From a virus (lineage: Duplodnaviria; Caudoviricetes): a stretch of 54,865 bases of DNA. Below, one piece after another: positions 26,137 to 35,486 of this stretch. A program made the position numbers and the translations under genes. Numbering within the stretch: position 1 is the first letter of the stretch; each line of letters begins with the position of its first letter. The stretch spans positions 1 to 54,865 of IMG/VR virus record IMGVR_UViG_3300046413_000898; one strand, 5' to 3'. A model generated the notes under the pieces. It worked only from the letters and a program-made list of their open reading frames with translations. It had not been told where the DNA came from and did no database searches.

Positions 26137-27290
26137 GCGGCCCTCCTGCTCTTGCGTGGCTTGGTCAGCGCCTCGAGCTCCTGCTCGTAGCGCGTGATGC
26201 GCTTGAGCGCGGCGTGACGGATGTACTGGGCCTTCTGCGGGTCGTCGAGCTCGGCCAGCAGCTTGTCGCCGTGTTCCACGGACTTCCGGGCCGCAGCCAG
26301 ACGCTTCTCGACCTCAGCGATTCGGTCGGCGTTCTTCGCCGCCTTCGCCTCGATCGTCTTGGCATCCCGCGCCGCCTCGACCGCAGCAGCACGCTTGGCT
26401 GCCATGTCCTCGACGATCTCAGTCTCGCCGTCCGCCTTGAGCACCGGGCCCAGCTCACCGTTCTCTTCCACGGTGACTCGGACGCGCTGCAGATCCCCGC
26501 GCCCTGTCGACCCAGCGGCCTTGTAGATCTTATTGAGGTCCGCCTCGTTGAGGTCGAAGCCGGGGTCCTCGGCAGCGGTGATCACCGAGACAGTGCACTT
26601 GCACCCGTTGTGGACCCCCTTGAGGTCCTCCCGGGAGTACTTCCTCGACGCGGCTGCCACGCAGAGCCCGCAGGTGCCCGTCTTGGATTCCTCCGGGTGG
26701 ATGATCCGTCGATAGCCGACGACCTTCTGCGTCTTGCGCCCGCGGGCCTTGTGCTTCTTCCTGGCCTGGGCGACCTCGTCCTCGTTGGGCTCGGCCACGA
26801 GCACCTCGCGCTCCTGGTCGCGCTGCGCCAGCGCCATGTCCATCTCGGCGAGCGCCTTGATGCGCGACTCGACCTCACGATCGATGCGATCCGCCGCCCA
26901 CTGCTGGCCCTCGGCATAGCGCAATGACTTCTCGAAGCGCCGGTGAGTCTTCACCGGACGCTCCCAGATCTGCTCGATGCTCTCACCACCGCGCTCTCGC
27001 GAGTATCGGAACGGCAGCAGGACGTCGTCGATCTCGTCCTCCGGGAACACGGCGTCCAGGTCCTCGTACTGCTGCTGGAGGGTGGCGATCGTCTGCCGGC
27101 GGACCTGAGTCTGCGCGGCCTCCACGAGGGTGGAGGACTCCCGCGAGATGGCACGCACCATCTCGCCGTCATACCAGCCGTCGAACGGCCTCCACAGCTC
27201 GAGCAGCTGCTGAACCAGCGCGGCCGTGATCGTCGTCGTGACCGACGCCTGGGCGTTGACGATCCGAGTCAGGGTCCGCAGATCAGCCAT
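26133..27290 (-). CDS. capsid maturation / MuF-like head morphogenesis protein
   Basis: GYRRIIHPE..TGTCGLC and HNGCKC motifs; follows the portal. Confidence 0.75.
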   Translation of the reverse strand: MADLRTLTRIVNAQASVTTTITAALVQQLLELWRPFDGWYDGEMVRAISRESSTLVEAAQTQVRRQTIATLQQQYEDLDAVFPEDEIDDVLLPFRYSRERGGESIEQIWERPVKTHRRFEKSLRYAEGQQWAADRIDREVESRIKALAEMDMALAQRDQEREVLVAEPNEDEVAQARKKHKARGRKTQKVVGYRRIIHPEESKTGTCGLCVAAASRKYSREDLKGVHNGCKCTVSVITAAEDPGFDLNEADLNKIYKAAGSTGRGDLQRVRVTVEENGELGPVLKADGETEIVEDMAAKRAAAVEAARDAKTIEAKAAKNADRIAEVEKRLAAARKSVEHGDKLLAELDDPQKAQYIRHAALKRITRYEQELEALTKPRKSRRAA

Positions 27291-28695
27291 CAGATGCCAC
27301 CGCGATCTGCTCGAGCAGCGCATCCTGCGAGCGCTGCAGCTCGGCCGCGGAGATCTCCTCGGGGGAGAGCTGCAAGAACTTCTCCATCGCGGTGCGCCAC
27401 GGGACACCTGCCTCCTTCGCGGCGCGGCCGGCCTCGGCGCGCTCGGTGAGCGAGGAGCGCCGCGGGTCCGCCCAGGACGCCCGGATCGAGGCCGGGTCGG
27501 CGCGGTCCGGGAACCCGGCCAGGAGCAGGGCGGTGGAGATGACGGCCTTCATGCGTCCGTTGATGCCGAGGATGATGTCCTCGACCTCGAACACGATGCC
27601 CTCACGCTTGAGGTCCGACCCGGAGGCGGACTCGTTGGCGGCGTCCGGGGCGAGCATGTACAGCGGCGTGTTCGACACGGCCGCGAGGTGCTTAAGGTCG
27701 TCGCGCACGGCGTTAAGCACCGGGGTGATGTCGGCCTGACCGGACTCCCAGATATCCACGGCCTGCGGCAGAATCCACAGCGACCCCGGGTCGGACTCGA
27801 AGATCGCGTCGTAGTCGATCTCCTCACCCGTCTCCGGGTTGGTGCGGGGCGCGCCCTTGAGGCCGCGCTGCCGAAACGCCTGCAAGGCGATCAGGATCAT
27901 CCGCTGCAGGATGCTGTGGTTGATCCGCTCCATGGTGGGGATGTGCTGCTCGAAGCACGCCTGCCCCTCCTGGCCCAGGAGCTCGACCACAGGGACGTAG
28001 TCGACAGGCATCTCCACCGGTTGTTCGTCGAGGACCCACATGCCGGGGTGCAGCCGCCAGTTCTTGGCCGCACCGCGGGGCAGGATCGTGGGGCCCTCGT
28101 GCACTGCGGTGCGCGTGTAGCCCGGGCGCCACAGCACGGCGACGTCGCGGTCGCTGATCTCGTCGCGGTACACCTTGAGCGCGGCCAGGGGGCGCGCGGC
28201 GTCGGCCGGGTTGGGCTCGACGATCATCTGCGACGGGTGCTCCGCCGTGATCCGCACCCCACCCTCAGACCCGTCTGCCGGGTCCAGGTGATCCACGAGC
28301 AGGTACCCGGCGCTCAGCCCGGCCATCCACCGCAGCGCGGTGCGCAGCTCGTGCTTGCCGTCGGCGGACTCGAGCAGGCGGTTGACCTCGTCGTCCCCGT
28401 TCGTGGAGTCATCCACGGCCGTCTGGAAGGTTTGCAGCTGGATGCGGTGCAGGCGCGCGTTCGTGATCAGCTGCGCCAGGTTCAACGAGGCGAGCCGCTG
28501 CAGCTGGCGGAAGTTCCCGCCCTTGTCCGGGTACGGCAGGGGCGGGGTGCCCTGCAGCCACTGCTCATTGCGGTGGATCTGCGGCAGACGCTGAGCCAGC
28601 TTCTTCGACAGGTGGTGCATCCACCACTCGTCCGAGCCCCGCGGCGCCGAGGACGGGGCCGCGAGCGGAGCGAACCCTTCGGGGATCAGCAGCAT
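27283..28695 (-). CDS. portal protein
   Basis: 470 aa after terminase; QAFRQR and DIWESGQAD motifs. Confidence 0.9.
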   Translation of the reverse strand: MLLIPEGFAPLAAPSSAPRGSDEWWMHHLSKKLAQRLPQIHRNEQWLQGTPPLPYPDKGGNFRQLQRLASLNLAQLITNARLHRIQLQTFQTAVDDSTNGDDEVNRLLESADGKHELRTALRWMAGLSAGYLLVDHLDPADGSEGGVRITAEHPSQMIVEPNPADAARPLAALKVYRDEISDRDVAVLWRPGYTRTAVHEGPTILPRGAAKNWRLHPGMWVLDEQPVEMPVDYVPVVELLGQEGQACFEQHIPTMERINHSILQRMILIALQAFRQRGLKGAPRTNPETGEEIDYDAIFESDPGSLWILPQAVDIWESGQADITPVLNAVRDDLKHLAAVSNTPLYMLAPDAANESASGSDLKREGIVFEVEDIILGINGRMKAVISTALLLAGFPDRADPASIRASWADPRRSSLTERAEAGRAAKEAGVPWRTAMEKFLQLSPEEISAAELQRSQDALLEQIAVASDG

Positions 28696-28721
28696 GGGCG
28701 TACCTCCTCGGCATCACGGGG

Positions 28722-30437
28722 TCATCGGCGGCGCGAACCACCGACCTTGAACGGGACGAACATCTCCGGAGTCGGCTTCTCCGGCTCGTTGAGCACCTGG
28801 GCGCGGGCCTCGTAGGCCAACGCTGAGGCGACCGCGGCGTCGATCTTCTTGACCGACCCCTTGGCCTCCTTGCCGATCACGATCCCGCCGCGGCGAGACC
28901 ACCGGCGGGCGTTGATCAGGTGCCGAACCAGCGCCGGATTGGCGCTGATCGCCACCTGCTCCTTGGCGATCGCGTCATGCAGACGCTCGAGCGCGAGCGC
29001 CATCTTGGTGTCGAGCTTCGTCCACCACTTCACCGTCGAGTTCCCGGACGCCTTAGCCCGGTAGCCATCGCCGTACTCGCGCTCCCACCGCTCGACCTGA
29101 TCGATCCAGTGCGGCGGATCCGCGAAGAACGCAACGACGTCATAGCGGTCATGGGCGTTGGCCACGGCCGCGTCGACCGCGACCTCGTCCACCCGCCAGT
29201 CGGCGGCCTCCGGCCCGTCCGGGCACTCCCAGATCCCGATCTCGAACAGATAGCCGTCCGAGATCCGGCAGCCGATCAGCGCCGTGGCGTCGTCGGTCTG
29301 CGCGCCGTCGAACCCCAGGGCGATCTGCTCGCCCGCAGCGACCTCGTCAGCACCACGTCCAGGCATCCCGGACGTCACGCCAGCGAGCTGCGCCGGGGTG
29401 ACCCACGCGTTGTGTTGCTCGGTCAGCGCGTTGAGGAAGTACCTGCGGGAGTCCTCTGGGGTGGAGCGCGGGTCGAAGATCTCGTCGATCAGACCCTGCT
29501 TCGAGTTCCAGTCCAGGGCCTCGCCGTAAGCCTCCTCGATCGCGCCCTCGAGCGCGTCCAGGTCCGCGAGGTTCTGCAGGTCGGACCAGCGGTGGTCGTA
29601 GAGCATACGCAGACGCCCACGCACCTTCGGCGCGCGGCCCTCAGCGAGCGCCACAAGGCTCTCCTCGACGGCCTGGGCGTACTTGTACGTCTGCTCGGCC
29701 ACGGACTCCTCACCGGGGGCGTACATGGTGGTGGTCTCGATATACCAGGTCTCGTCCACGCGCTTGCGCTTGACAAGGTTCCTGGTCACGGTCGTGTGCA
29801 TGGACCGCAACCCCGGGGTGTTGTAGAGGTGCGTCTCGTCCATGACGGCGAACGTCTCCTTGCCGCCGTCCTTGGAGGCGGATCCGGCAGTGGAGGGGGT
29901 GATCTCCCCGCCGTAGGGCAGCAACACCCGTGTGAGGCCGACGTCAAGGCCGTAGGCCTGCAGCTCCGCGAGCGGGCCCTCCTTGAGATTCAAGTAGACC
30001 TGATCGTAGACGTTGCCGGTCTGGCCCTCCTCGGTGGCCATGATCCGCACGAACGGCGAGCGCACCGGACGACCCATGGGTTCGCCGGCGGCGTACGTGT
30101 AGGTCTGACCGAGGAACTCGTACGTCTCCCCACCCTCGGCCCAGCCATCGAAGCGACACGGCCCCAGGGCCTCCAGCAGCACGAGCTCAGCCGCCAGACC
30201 GGACTTGTTGCACCCCTTGGGGCGAGAGAAGAACGCGCTGTCGACCAGGCGGCGACCATCGGCGTCGAGGCTATAGCAGTCCACGACGAACTGCGAGTAC
30301 TCGTCGCCGTGACGGATCGGCTCGCCCTGCACAGCGCCCGGGCCGTGCACGACGAAAGTCTCGATCCACCACAGACCCAGCCAGCCGAGAGACCGCGAAC
30401 GCGAGGCCCCAGGCGGGCGGACTACCTTGTGCGGCAT
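28722..30437 (-). CDS. terminase large subunit
   Basis: SRPKGCNKS Walker A, AVMDETH Walker B, LGFDG and KIDAAVA nuclease motifs. Confidence 0.95.
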   Translation of the reverse strand: MPHKVVRPPGASRSRSLGWLGLWWIETFVVHGPGAVQGEPIRHGDEYSQFVVDCYSLDADGRRLVDSAFFSRPKGCNKSGLAAELVLLEALGPCRFDGWAEGGETYEFLGQTYTYAAGEPMGRPVRSPFVRIMATEEGQTGNVYDQVYLNLKEGPLAELQAYGLDVGLTRVLLPYGGEITPSTAGSASKDGGKETFAVMDETHLYNTPGLRSMHTTVTRNLVKRKRVDETWYIETTTMYAPGEESVAEQTYKYAQAVEESLVALAEGRAPKVRGRLRMLYDHRWSDLQNLADLDALEGAIEEAYGEALDWNSKQGLIDEIFDPRSTPEDSRRYFLNALTEQHNAWVTPAQLAGVTSGMPGRGADEVAAGEQIALGFDGAQTDDATALIGCRISDGYLFEIGIWECPDGPEAADWRVDEVAVDAAVANAHDRYDVVAFFADPPHWIDQVERWEREYGDGYRAKASGNSTVKWWTKLDTKMALALERLHDAIAKEQVAISANPALVRHLINARRWSRRGGIVIGKEAKGSVKKIDAAVASALAYEARAQVLNEPEKPTPEMFVPFKVGGSRRR

Positions 30438-30910
30438 CAGTCCGCGATCCTCCCGCGCCGCGCCTCGATCGACGTCACCGTCGCCCCCGCACCGGATCCG
30501 GCGACAGCGACATCGGGGACCTCGATCTCCGACTTGAGACGCAGCCGGTCCTCGACCGTCGCACCGAACTTCGCCACGCGGATCCGCACCTCAGCAGAGA
30601 ACTCCCACCGGCCCTTGGCCCACATGATGTGGTGCATCAGGGCCGTGTCGAGCAGGAAGTCCCAGTCCGGGTCCGACAGCATCCGGGACGCCTGCGGCGA
30701 ACGCCGCCAGTGGTCCCACCAGCGGCGGGTCTGCGGGTGCCAGTCCTCGCCCTCGGGCAAAACCTCGGCACCCTTCGGGAGATCGGGGCCGAAATACTTG
30801 GGGCCACGCACGATCTGGCGATGCGTGTTGTCCTGCGGCAGCTTCGTACGCTCAGGCTGATCCCGACCACGAGACCGGCTCTGCTTCGGTGCGGGCCCAT
30901 GTCCGGCCAT
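30437..30910 (-). CDS. terminase small subunit
   Basis: MAGHGPAPK, WHPQTRRWW and AKFGATVEDRLRL motifs. Confidence 0.85.
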   Translation of the reverse strand: MAGHGPAPKQSRSRGRDQPERTKLPQDNTHRQIVRGPKYFGPDLPKGAEVLPEGEDWHPQTRRWWDHWRRSPQASRMLSDPDWDFLLDTALMHHIMWAKGRWEFSAEVRIRVAKFGATVEDRLRLKSEIEVPDVAVAGSGAGATVTSIEARRGRIAD

Positions 30911-30937
30911 GACGAGTCACCTCCGTGTCGGTGCAGA

Positions 30938-31252
30938 TCAGACCCGTGCCGGGTCCTCCTGCGTGGTGTGCGGGGAACTCCCGCCGCTCAGGGCGCCCAA
31001 ACGAGCGCCAGCCTCCTGGATCTGCCGATCAAGCACCGGCACCATGCCCTGCTCCCACCTACGCCCCAACGCGAGTACCTCGGCGCGCCGCTGCTCAAGC
31101 CGGGCCAGCCGGTCGTTCAGCCGCTTCACCTCGCGCTTCGTCTGCGCCTTGCAGACCTGCGAGCAGTAGAGCTGCGGGCGGCCGCGCCGATGGGGCGCGA
31201 TGAACTCGCCGGCGCACCACCGACAGGTCCTCCACATGTCCACCACCCCCAT
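30938..31252 (-). CDS. small Zn-finger/coiled-coil protein
   Basis: CRWC...GRPQLYCSQVC; start uncertain. Confidence 0.55.
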   Translation of the reverse strand: MGVVDMWRTCRWCAGEFIAPHRRGRPQLYCSQVCKAQTKREVKRLNDRLARLEQRRAEVLALGRRWEQGMVPVLDRQIQEAGARLGALSGGSSPHTTQEDPARV

Positions 31253-31401
31253 CCACAGGCCGCAGAAGGCCGCGCATCATACCAGGCCCGCGACCGCATA
31301 TCGGGGCGAGCCCAGACCCCCAGACCCACGCGCACAGCGTCCTGCCGAACTCAGCGGAGGGGGGAGCCGACCTCCAGGGGAGGGGGTCGGGCGGGGGCGG
31401 G

Positions 31402-32241
31402 TCAAGCGGCCTCGGCCATGAGCTGGGCGCCCTTGAGCGAGTTGCAGATCGCGTGGGCGGTGCGGAGGTTCGTGAGGTCGTCCGTTCCGCCGACTGCTCG
31501 GGGGATGACGTGGTCGAGGGTTGGTGACCATGGGTCGTCGTACCGATAGGTCTTGCTCGTCGCCCCGCCGCATAGCCAGCAGGTGAAGTTGTCACGGGCA
31601 AGGACTGCGCCTCGATGCTTGAGCCACGGCCCCTTGTGGATCCGGCCTGGTAGGCGTCGTGCTTCTACCCGCTTCCTGCATCGAGTGGAGCAGTACACCT
31701 TCCCCCACGCGGGGTTGGTGGTGAAGGTGTGCCCGCAGTCCGCGCATGGGATGTAGGCGACTTGGCAAGTGGTGGCTCGGGCGAGGTCAGCTCGTGCGCG
31801 ATCGCGTGCCCTGCGGGCGCACGGGTCCGAGCAGTACCTTCGTTCCCGCCCGGCCCTGCCAACCCAGGCAATGTCGCACTCTGGGCAGGTGCCGTACTGG
31901 AGATCGCATTGGCCGCGTATCTTGCTGCTCTCGAGCGGGTCGATCCGGTGGGCAGCCTGTGCCATCTTCCCTGCCCGGGCGAGTTGCCCTGTGGCGCGGT
32001 TGTTGAGGTCTCGGCAGGTGCGGGAACAGAAGCGGGCGGAGGCGCGGGCCGTGAAGCTCTCGCCGCAGAGCTGGCAGGTCTTCTCGTGGTGGTGGCCGCG
32101 GATGACCTCGCCATTGGCTACCTGCTTGCGGTAGATCTCGCGGTTCCGTCTGCGCTTGCGTTCCTTGGCGCAGTCCGGTCCGCAGGTGAGCCGCTTGGCG
32201 GGCTGCCCGCATTCTGTGCAGGTGCGGGTAGGGTTGGGCAT
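31402..32241 (-). CDS. HNH endonuclease with four tandem Zn-finger modules
   Basis: Repeated CxxC...CxxxC; C-terminal RDNFTCWLC, TLDHVIP and AHAICN. Confidence 0.85.
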   Translation of the reverse strand: MPNPTRTCTECGQPAKRLTCGPDCAKERKRRRNREIYRKQVANGEVIRGHHHEKTCQLCGESFTARASARFCSRTCRDLNNRATGQLARAGKMAQAAHRIDPLESSKIRGQCDLQYGTCPECDIAWVGRAGRERRYCSDPCARRARDRARADLARATTCQVAYIPCADCGHTFTTNPAWGKVYCSTRCRKRVEARRLPGRIHKGPWLKHRGAVLARDNFTCWLCGGATSKTYRYDDPWSPTLDHVIPRAVGGTDDLTNLRTAHAICNSLKGAQLMAEAA

Positions 32242-32304
32242 GTGATCGTTCCTCCTGTGAACGGTTGCCATGCCCCCGGCTGTTGACGCAGCGCGGGGGT
32301 CTTC

Positions 32305-32610
32305 TCATGCCGTCGGGTCGATCCCCGGGTGCTGCTCCGGAGGGCGACGCTCACGCGGACGGCGGGACGACGTCGCGCCCTGCGCGCCGGTGATGCGGTC
32401 GTGGTGCCACGAGCACAGCGACGCGAGGTCGTCGTGATCATCAGCCTCGCCGCGGTGATGAACATCGGTCGCTCGCGCAGTGCACCGCAGCCCGGTGTCC
32501 GGGGAGACGTAGGTGCACCGCCCGCCATCAGCACGCAGCTGACGGCGACGACGCCGCTCCCAGTCGGGAGGCAGTGCCGCGGTGCGCCCGGACCGATCAC
32601 CCCACGGCAT
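32305..32610 (-). CDS. HNH endonuclease (packaging-associated type)
   Basis: LPPDW...ATDVHH...LCSWHH..IT; near the terminase. Confidence 0.8.
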   Translation of the reverse strand: MPWGDRSGRTAALPPDWERRRRRQLRADGGRCTYVSPDTGLRCTARATDVHHRGEADDHDDLASLCSWHHDRITGAQGATSSRRPRERRPPEQHPGIDPTA

Positions 32611-33185
32611 CAGGAGAACCGGCCGAGGTAGGCGAAGGCTGCCGACAGGCGAGGGCTCTCTGCATACCCCACGAGGACGTTGCACGGCGAACAGAGCAGG
32701 GCCCGGACACACGCCCCGCATGCCTTCTCTCCGGGGCAGCAAGCGTGGTCATGGTCGATCAGGAGTTGCCGTCCGGTCTCTACCTCGGGGACCCCGCATA
32801 GCGCGCATGCACCGCCTTGAGCAGCGTGCATCGACTGGTAGGTCTCAACCGTGATGCCGAACGCTGCGCATCGGTCTCGAAGCCTGTTCGCTCTGGTGCG
32901 CTCTGGGTTAGCCACCCTGGACCGCCGGTTGTAGTCAGCGGCCTTGCCCATGTTCTGGGGTAGCTGGTGCCATCGCTGCAGGTAGTCGCGCACGCAGGGC
33001 AGGCACTTGTTGTTGAGCCCGTCTGCCCTGTCGCTCGACTTGCCGAACTCCTTGACTCGCAGCCACTCTTTGCAGGATGTGCACCGCTTGACCCCGACAC
33101 GGAGGGTCGTCGCTGTCTTGTTCCTCTTGGGGAGCTTCCCGCCATAGGCTTCTGTGGCGATCTCAATCGGCGTACGCTGGTCCAT
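32610..33185 (-). CDS. endonuclease VII-family HNH nuclease
   Basis: FGIT..Y......QGGACALC, IDHDH and VRALLCSPCN. Confidence 0.85.
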   Translation of the reverse strand: MDQRTPIEIATEAYGGKLPKRNKTATTLRVGVKRCTSCKEWLRVKEFGKSSDRADGLNNKCLPCVRDYLQRWHQLPQNMGKAADYNRRSRVANPERTRANRLRDRCAAFGITVETYQSMHAAQGGACALCGVPEVETGRQLLIDHDHACCPGEKACGACVRALLCSPCNVLVGYAESPRLSAAFAYLGRFS

Positions 33186-33262
33186 GTCGAACTCCTTCAC
33201 AGTTCGTCCACGCCCTCGTCCTGTTCCCGCAGGAGCGAGGGCACTTGTCTGTCAGCTTGGAT

Positions 33263-33526
33263 CTATCCGGGGCCCACCGGATTGGATCCCTTTCTCGAGC
33301 CGGGCCAGTAGCCGTACACGTCCTTGAACCACTGTGATGCTGTGCGCTTTGCCTGCACGATGCTCATGTGCTTGACCAGCTGCCGATATAGCGCCGTCCA
33401 GGGATGGGCGTGCCCGACCCAGCGCGTCTTGCCTGGGCCCTGGGTCCACCACCACTTGAGGTAGCCCCGCGTTCCCTGCTTCGGGTTTGCGGTGGCGTCA
33501 GGCCATGCAGATGCCACGACCATCAC
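33263..33526 (-). CDS. hypothetical Trp-rich phage protein
   Basis: GGAGG RBS; 87 aa. Confidence 0.65.
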   Translation of the reverse strand: MMVVASAWPDATANPKQGTRGYLKWWWTQGPGKTRWVGHAHPWTALYRQLVKHMSIVQAKRTASQWFKDVYGYWPGSRKGSNPVGPG

Positions 33527-33604
33527 CTCCGTTGTGTGGGTCGGCGGGTGCGATCACCGGGGAGGAGTTGCCCTGGTCCGCACACCGCCGGTCTATGGGG
33601 CCGC

Positions 33605-33721
33605 CTACCAGCGGCCGATGATCTTCCAGCAGCGGGCGCATTGCCAGGCTGTGGGGTCGGGGCAACGCTCCCACCAGTGGGCGTTGCAGGCGCAGAGGAT
33701 GCGTCCGAGGCGGGTTCGCAT
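33605..33721 (-). CDS. 38-aa Cys-rich peptide
   Basis: AGGAG RBS; MRTRLGRILCACNAHWW...CARC. Confidence 0.55.
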   Translation of the reverse strand: MRTRLGRILCACNAHWWERCPDPTAWQCARCWKIIGRW

Positions 33722-33857
33722 GGTGGTCTCCTGTGTGGTGTTCCCCTGGCGGGGTGCGATGCGTGTATCCAGTGCGTCGTCTGCGCGGACGGCATCTTGT
33801 TGTGTGGTTGCCCTGCCAGGGGTGGTGGGTGGCGCGGTGAAACGGCACCGCACCGAG

Positions 33858-33929
33858 TGCGGGTGCCCGGGGTCGAACCGGAGGACTGGTCCACGGCAGG
33901 CCTGCTCACCCTGCCTCCACCTCACCCGC
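33858..33929 (-). ncRNA. tRNA-like element lacking a canonical D arm
   Basis: 7-bp acceptor GCGGGTG/CACCCGC+A; T arm TCCGG-TTCGACC-CCGGG; 6-bp stem with 9-nt loop. Confidence 0.5.
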
Positions 33930-34129
33930 TGCCCCACGTCTGGGGCTCAACAGCCAGCCAATCCCGGGGGACGACTGGCAACAATGTCCTGGTGGTTTCG
34001 CACAGGGTGCTGGGCCCGCCAGGTGGCCACGTTGTCCCTCGCGCCCCGGAGGTGTGTCTTTGCGCGGACGGTGCCCCAGGGTGGGGCGGGTGTCCGGGGC
34101 GCGAGGTGGTCTACATTGGGGCACGGTGG

Positions 34130-34375
34130 TCAGTCGCGGGGAAAGGGCGACGTGAGCTCCTCGGGGATGACGACCTCGTGTGCGATCAGCCTGGACACGA
34201 TGCGGTCAGCGACCTTGATCAGGTCGAGGCCAATTTCGTCTGCCTCGTAGCCGGCCCGTTCGATAGCCGATTCGAGCTCGACGTACACGTGGTCCTTGGC
34301 TGCTGAGACCTCGGCGGGCTCATACCCCTTGGGGTGCTCTCGGTCTGCCTGGCTCATATCGGTCTCCTTGGTCAT
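34130..34375 (-). CDS. hypothetical phage protein
   Basis: Coupled ORF; an alternative internal start has an RBS. Confidence 0.55.
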   Translation of the reverse strand: MTKETDMSQADREHPKGYEPAEVSAAKDHVYVELESAIERAGYEADEIGLDLIKVADRIVSRLIAHEVVIPEELTSPFPRD

Positions 34376-34605
34376 CGTGGCCTGCGGTCGGCTCTGCCGA
34401 TGGCGCGTTCGGCGGTGGGGTCGCGGCCTTGCCAGGCGTGGGACACCTGGGTCTCGGCGGGGGACGTGAACGGTGAGTTCCCCATCGACTGGTTGAACTT
34501 GCGGCGCGCCCGGCGGCCCTGCTCTCGGACCCTCTCATCGTCGCGTTGGGCGGTGAGGTACCGGAGGAGGCGGTGGTCGTCAGGGTCGAGAGTCATGCTC
34601 ATCAC
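34372..34605 (-). CDS. hypothetical phage protein
   Basis: ORF downstream of the terminator. Confidence 0.5.
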   Translation of the reverse strand: MMSMTLDPDDHRLLRYLTAQRDDERVREQGRRARRKFNQSMGNSPFTSPAETQVSHAWQGRDPTAERAIGRADRRPR

Positions 34606-34612
34606 CCCCAGG

Positions 34613-34652
34613 CATGAAAGAACCCCGGACCGTTTGGTGCCGGGGTTTCATG
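34613..34652 (-). terminator. intrinsic terminator
   Basis: AACCCCGG...CCGGGGTT stem with a U-rich tail on the minus strand. Confidence 0.65.
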
Positions 34653-34682
34653 GTGTCGCCTTCTTCGTCACTGCTGGCGAAT

Positions 34683-35486
34683 CTACGATCCAGCATAGGT
34701 CACAGTCTCCTCGGTAGCAAGTGGCTTGTCTGCGTGTCGTGGTCCTTTGCCTGCGGCGGTGAGAACGTCCATGCAGTCCCCGAGCCTCACCCCGCCGTCG
34801 TTGGTGAGTTGTCCGCGCTTCACCCGGCCGTGGAGGCCGTCGTAGGTGACCTTGTAGCCCATGGTGTTCAGCAGGCGGGCTGCTTCTCTCTCGGAGACCC
34901 GCATGTTGCGTGCCTCGGTGACTCGGTCTTCGCGGGCTGCGATGAGTTCGGCTACCCACCAGCGGGCGTCGCAGGCCGGGCAGTGCACCACAAGGTCCCC
35001 CGGTGTCACGACGAGCTGGGGCTGGTCGTGCCCGGAGGGCTGGCAGTCGCACTCCCCCACGACAACGCCGGTCTCCTGGATGTCGATCATGCGCTCGGCC
35101 TCGGCGTCGGCGGAGATGAGGCCGTGGTAGAGGTCGTGGATGTCTGGGTGCGCTGCGACGTGTGCGAGGCCCCGGAGGGCTTGGAGGGCGAGTTCGATGT
35201 GGGTGTGTCCGCGTGTGGGCCACCCTGCGGCGGTGGCGGCTCCGGTGAGGTGGCCTTCGAGGCGGGTGCGGGTGATGGACGCGCCGACGTGGAAGGGCAT
35301 GGCCTCTTGCCCGTCTCCGCCGCCGGTGACTCCGCGGACTTGTGCGGATTGGCGGGTGATGGTGGTTTCGAGGTCGTGGAGGCGGTCTGGGGTGCGGGCG
35401 ATGACGGTGTGGAGGTGGTCGGCGTGGGTGCGGCACAGGTGGCCGATGGTGGCGTCCTGGTCGGCGCAGATCTCGCAGGGTGTCAT
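34683..35486 (-). CDS. Zn-ribbon/HTH protein, possible late-transcription regulator
   Basis: CxxC motifs plus a C-terminal HTH-like segment; last gene of the early operon. Confidence 0.55.
   Translation of the reverse strand: MTPCEICADQDATIGHLCRTHADHLHTVIARTPDRLHDLETTITRQSAQVRGVTGGGDGQEAMPFHVGASITRTRLEGHLTGAATAAGWPTRGHTHIELALQALRGLAHVAAHPDIHDLYHGLISADAEAERMIDIQETGVVVGECDCQPSGHDQPQLVVTPGDLVVHCPACDARWWVAELIAAREDRVTEARNMRVSEREAARLLNTMGYKVTYDGLHGRVKRGQLTNDGGVRLGDCMDVLTAAGKGPRHADKPLATEETVTYAGS

Noticed and set aside
33858-33929. Canonical decoding tRNA
   Set aside because: No D stem and no 7-nt anticodon loop; kept only as a tRNA-like element
33940-34022. Hammerhead ribozyme (three-way junction with CGAAAC)
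   Set aside because: No CUGANGA core, and the GAAA lies in a hairpin loop
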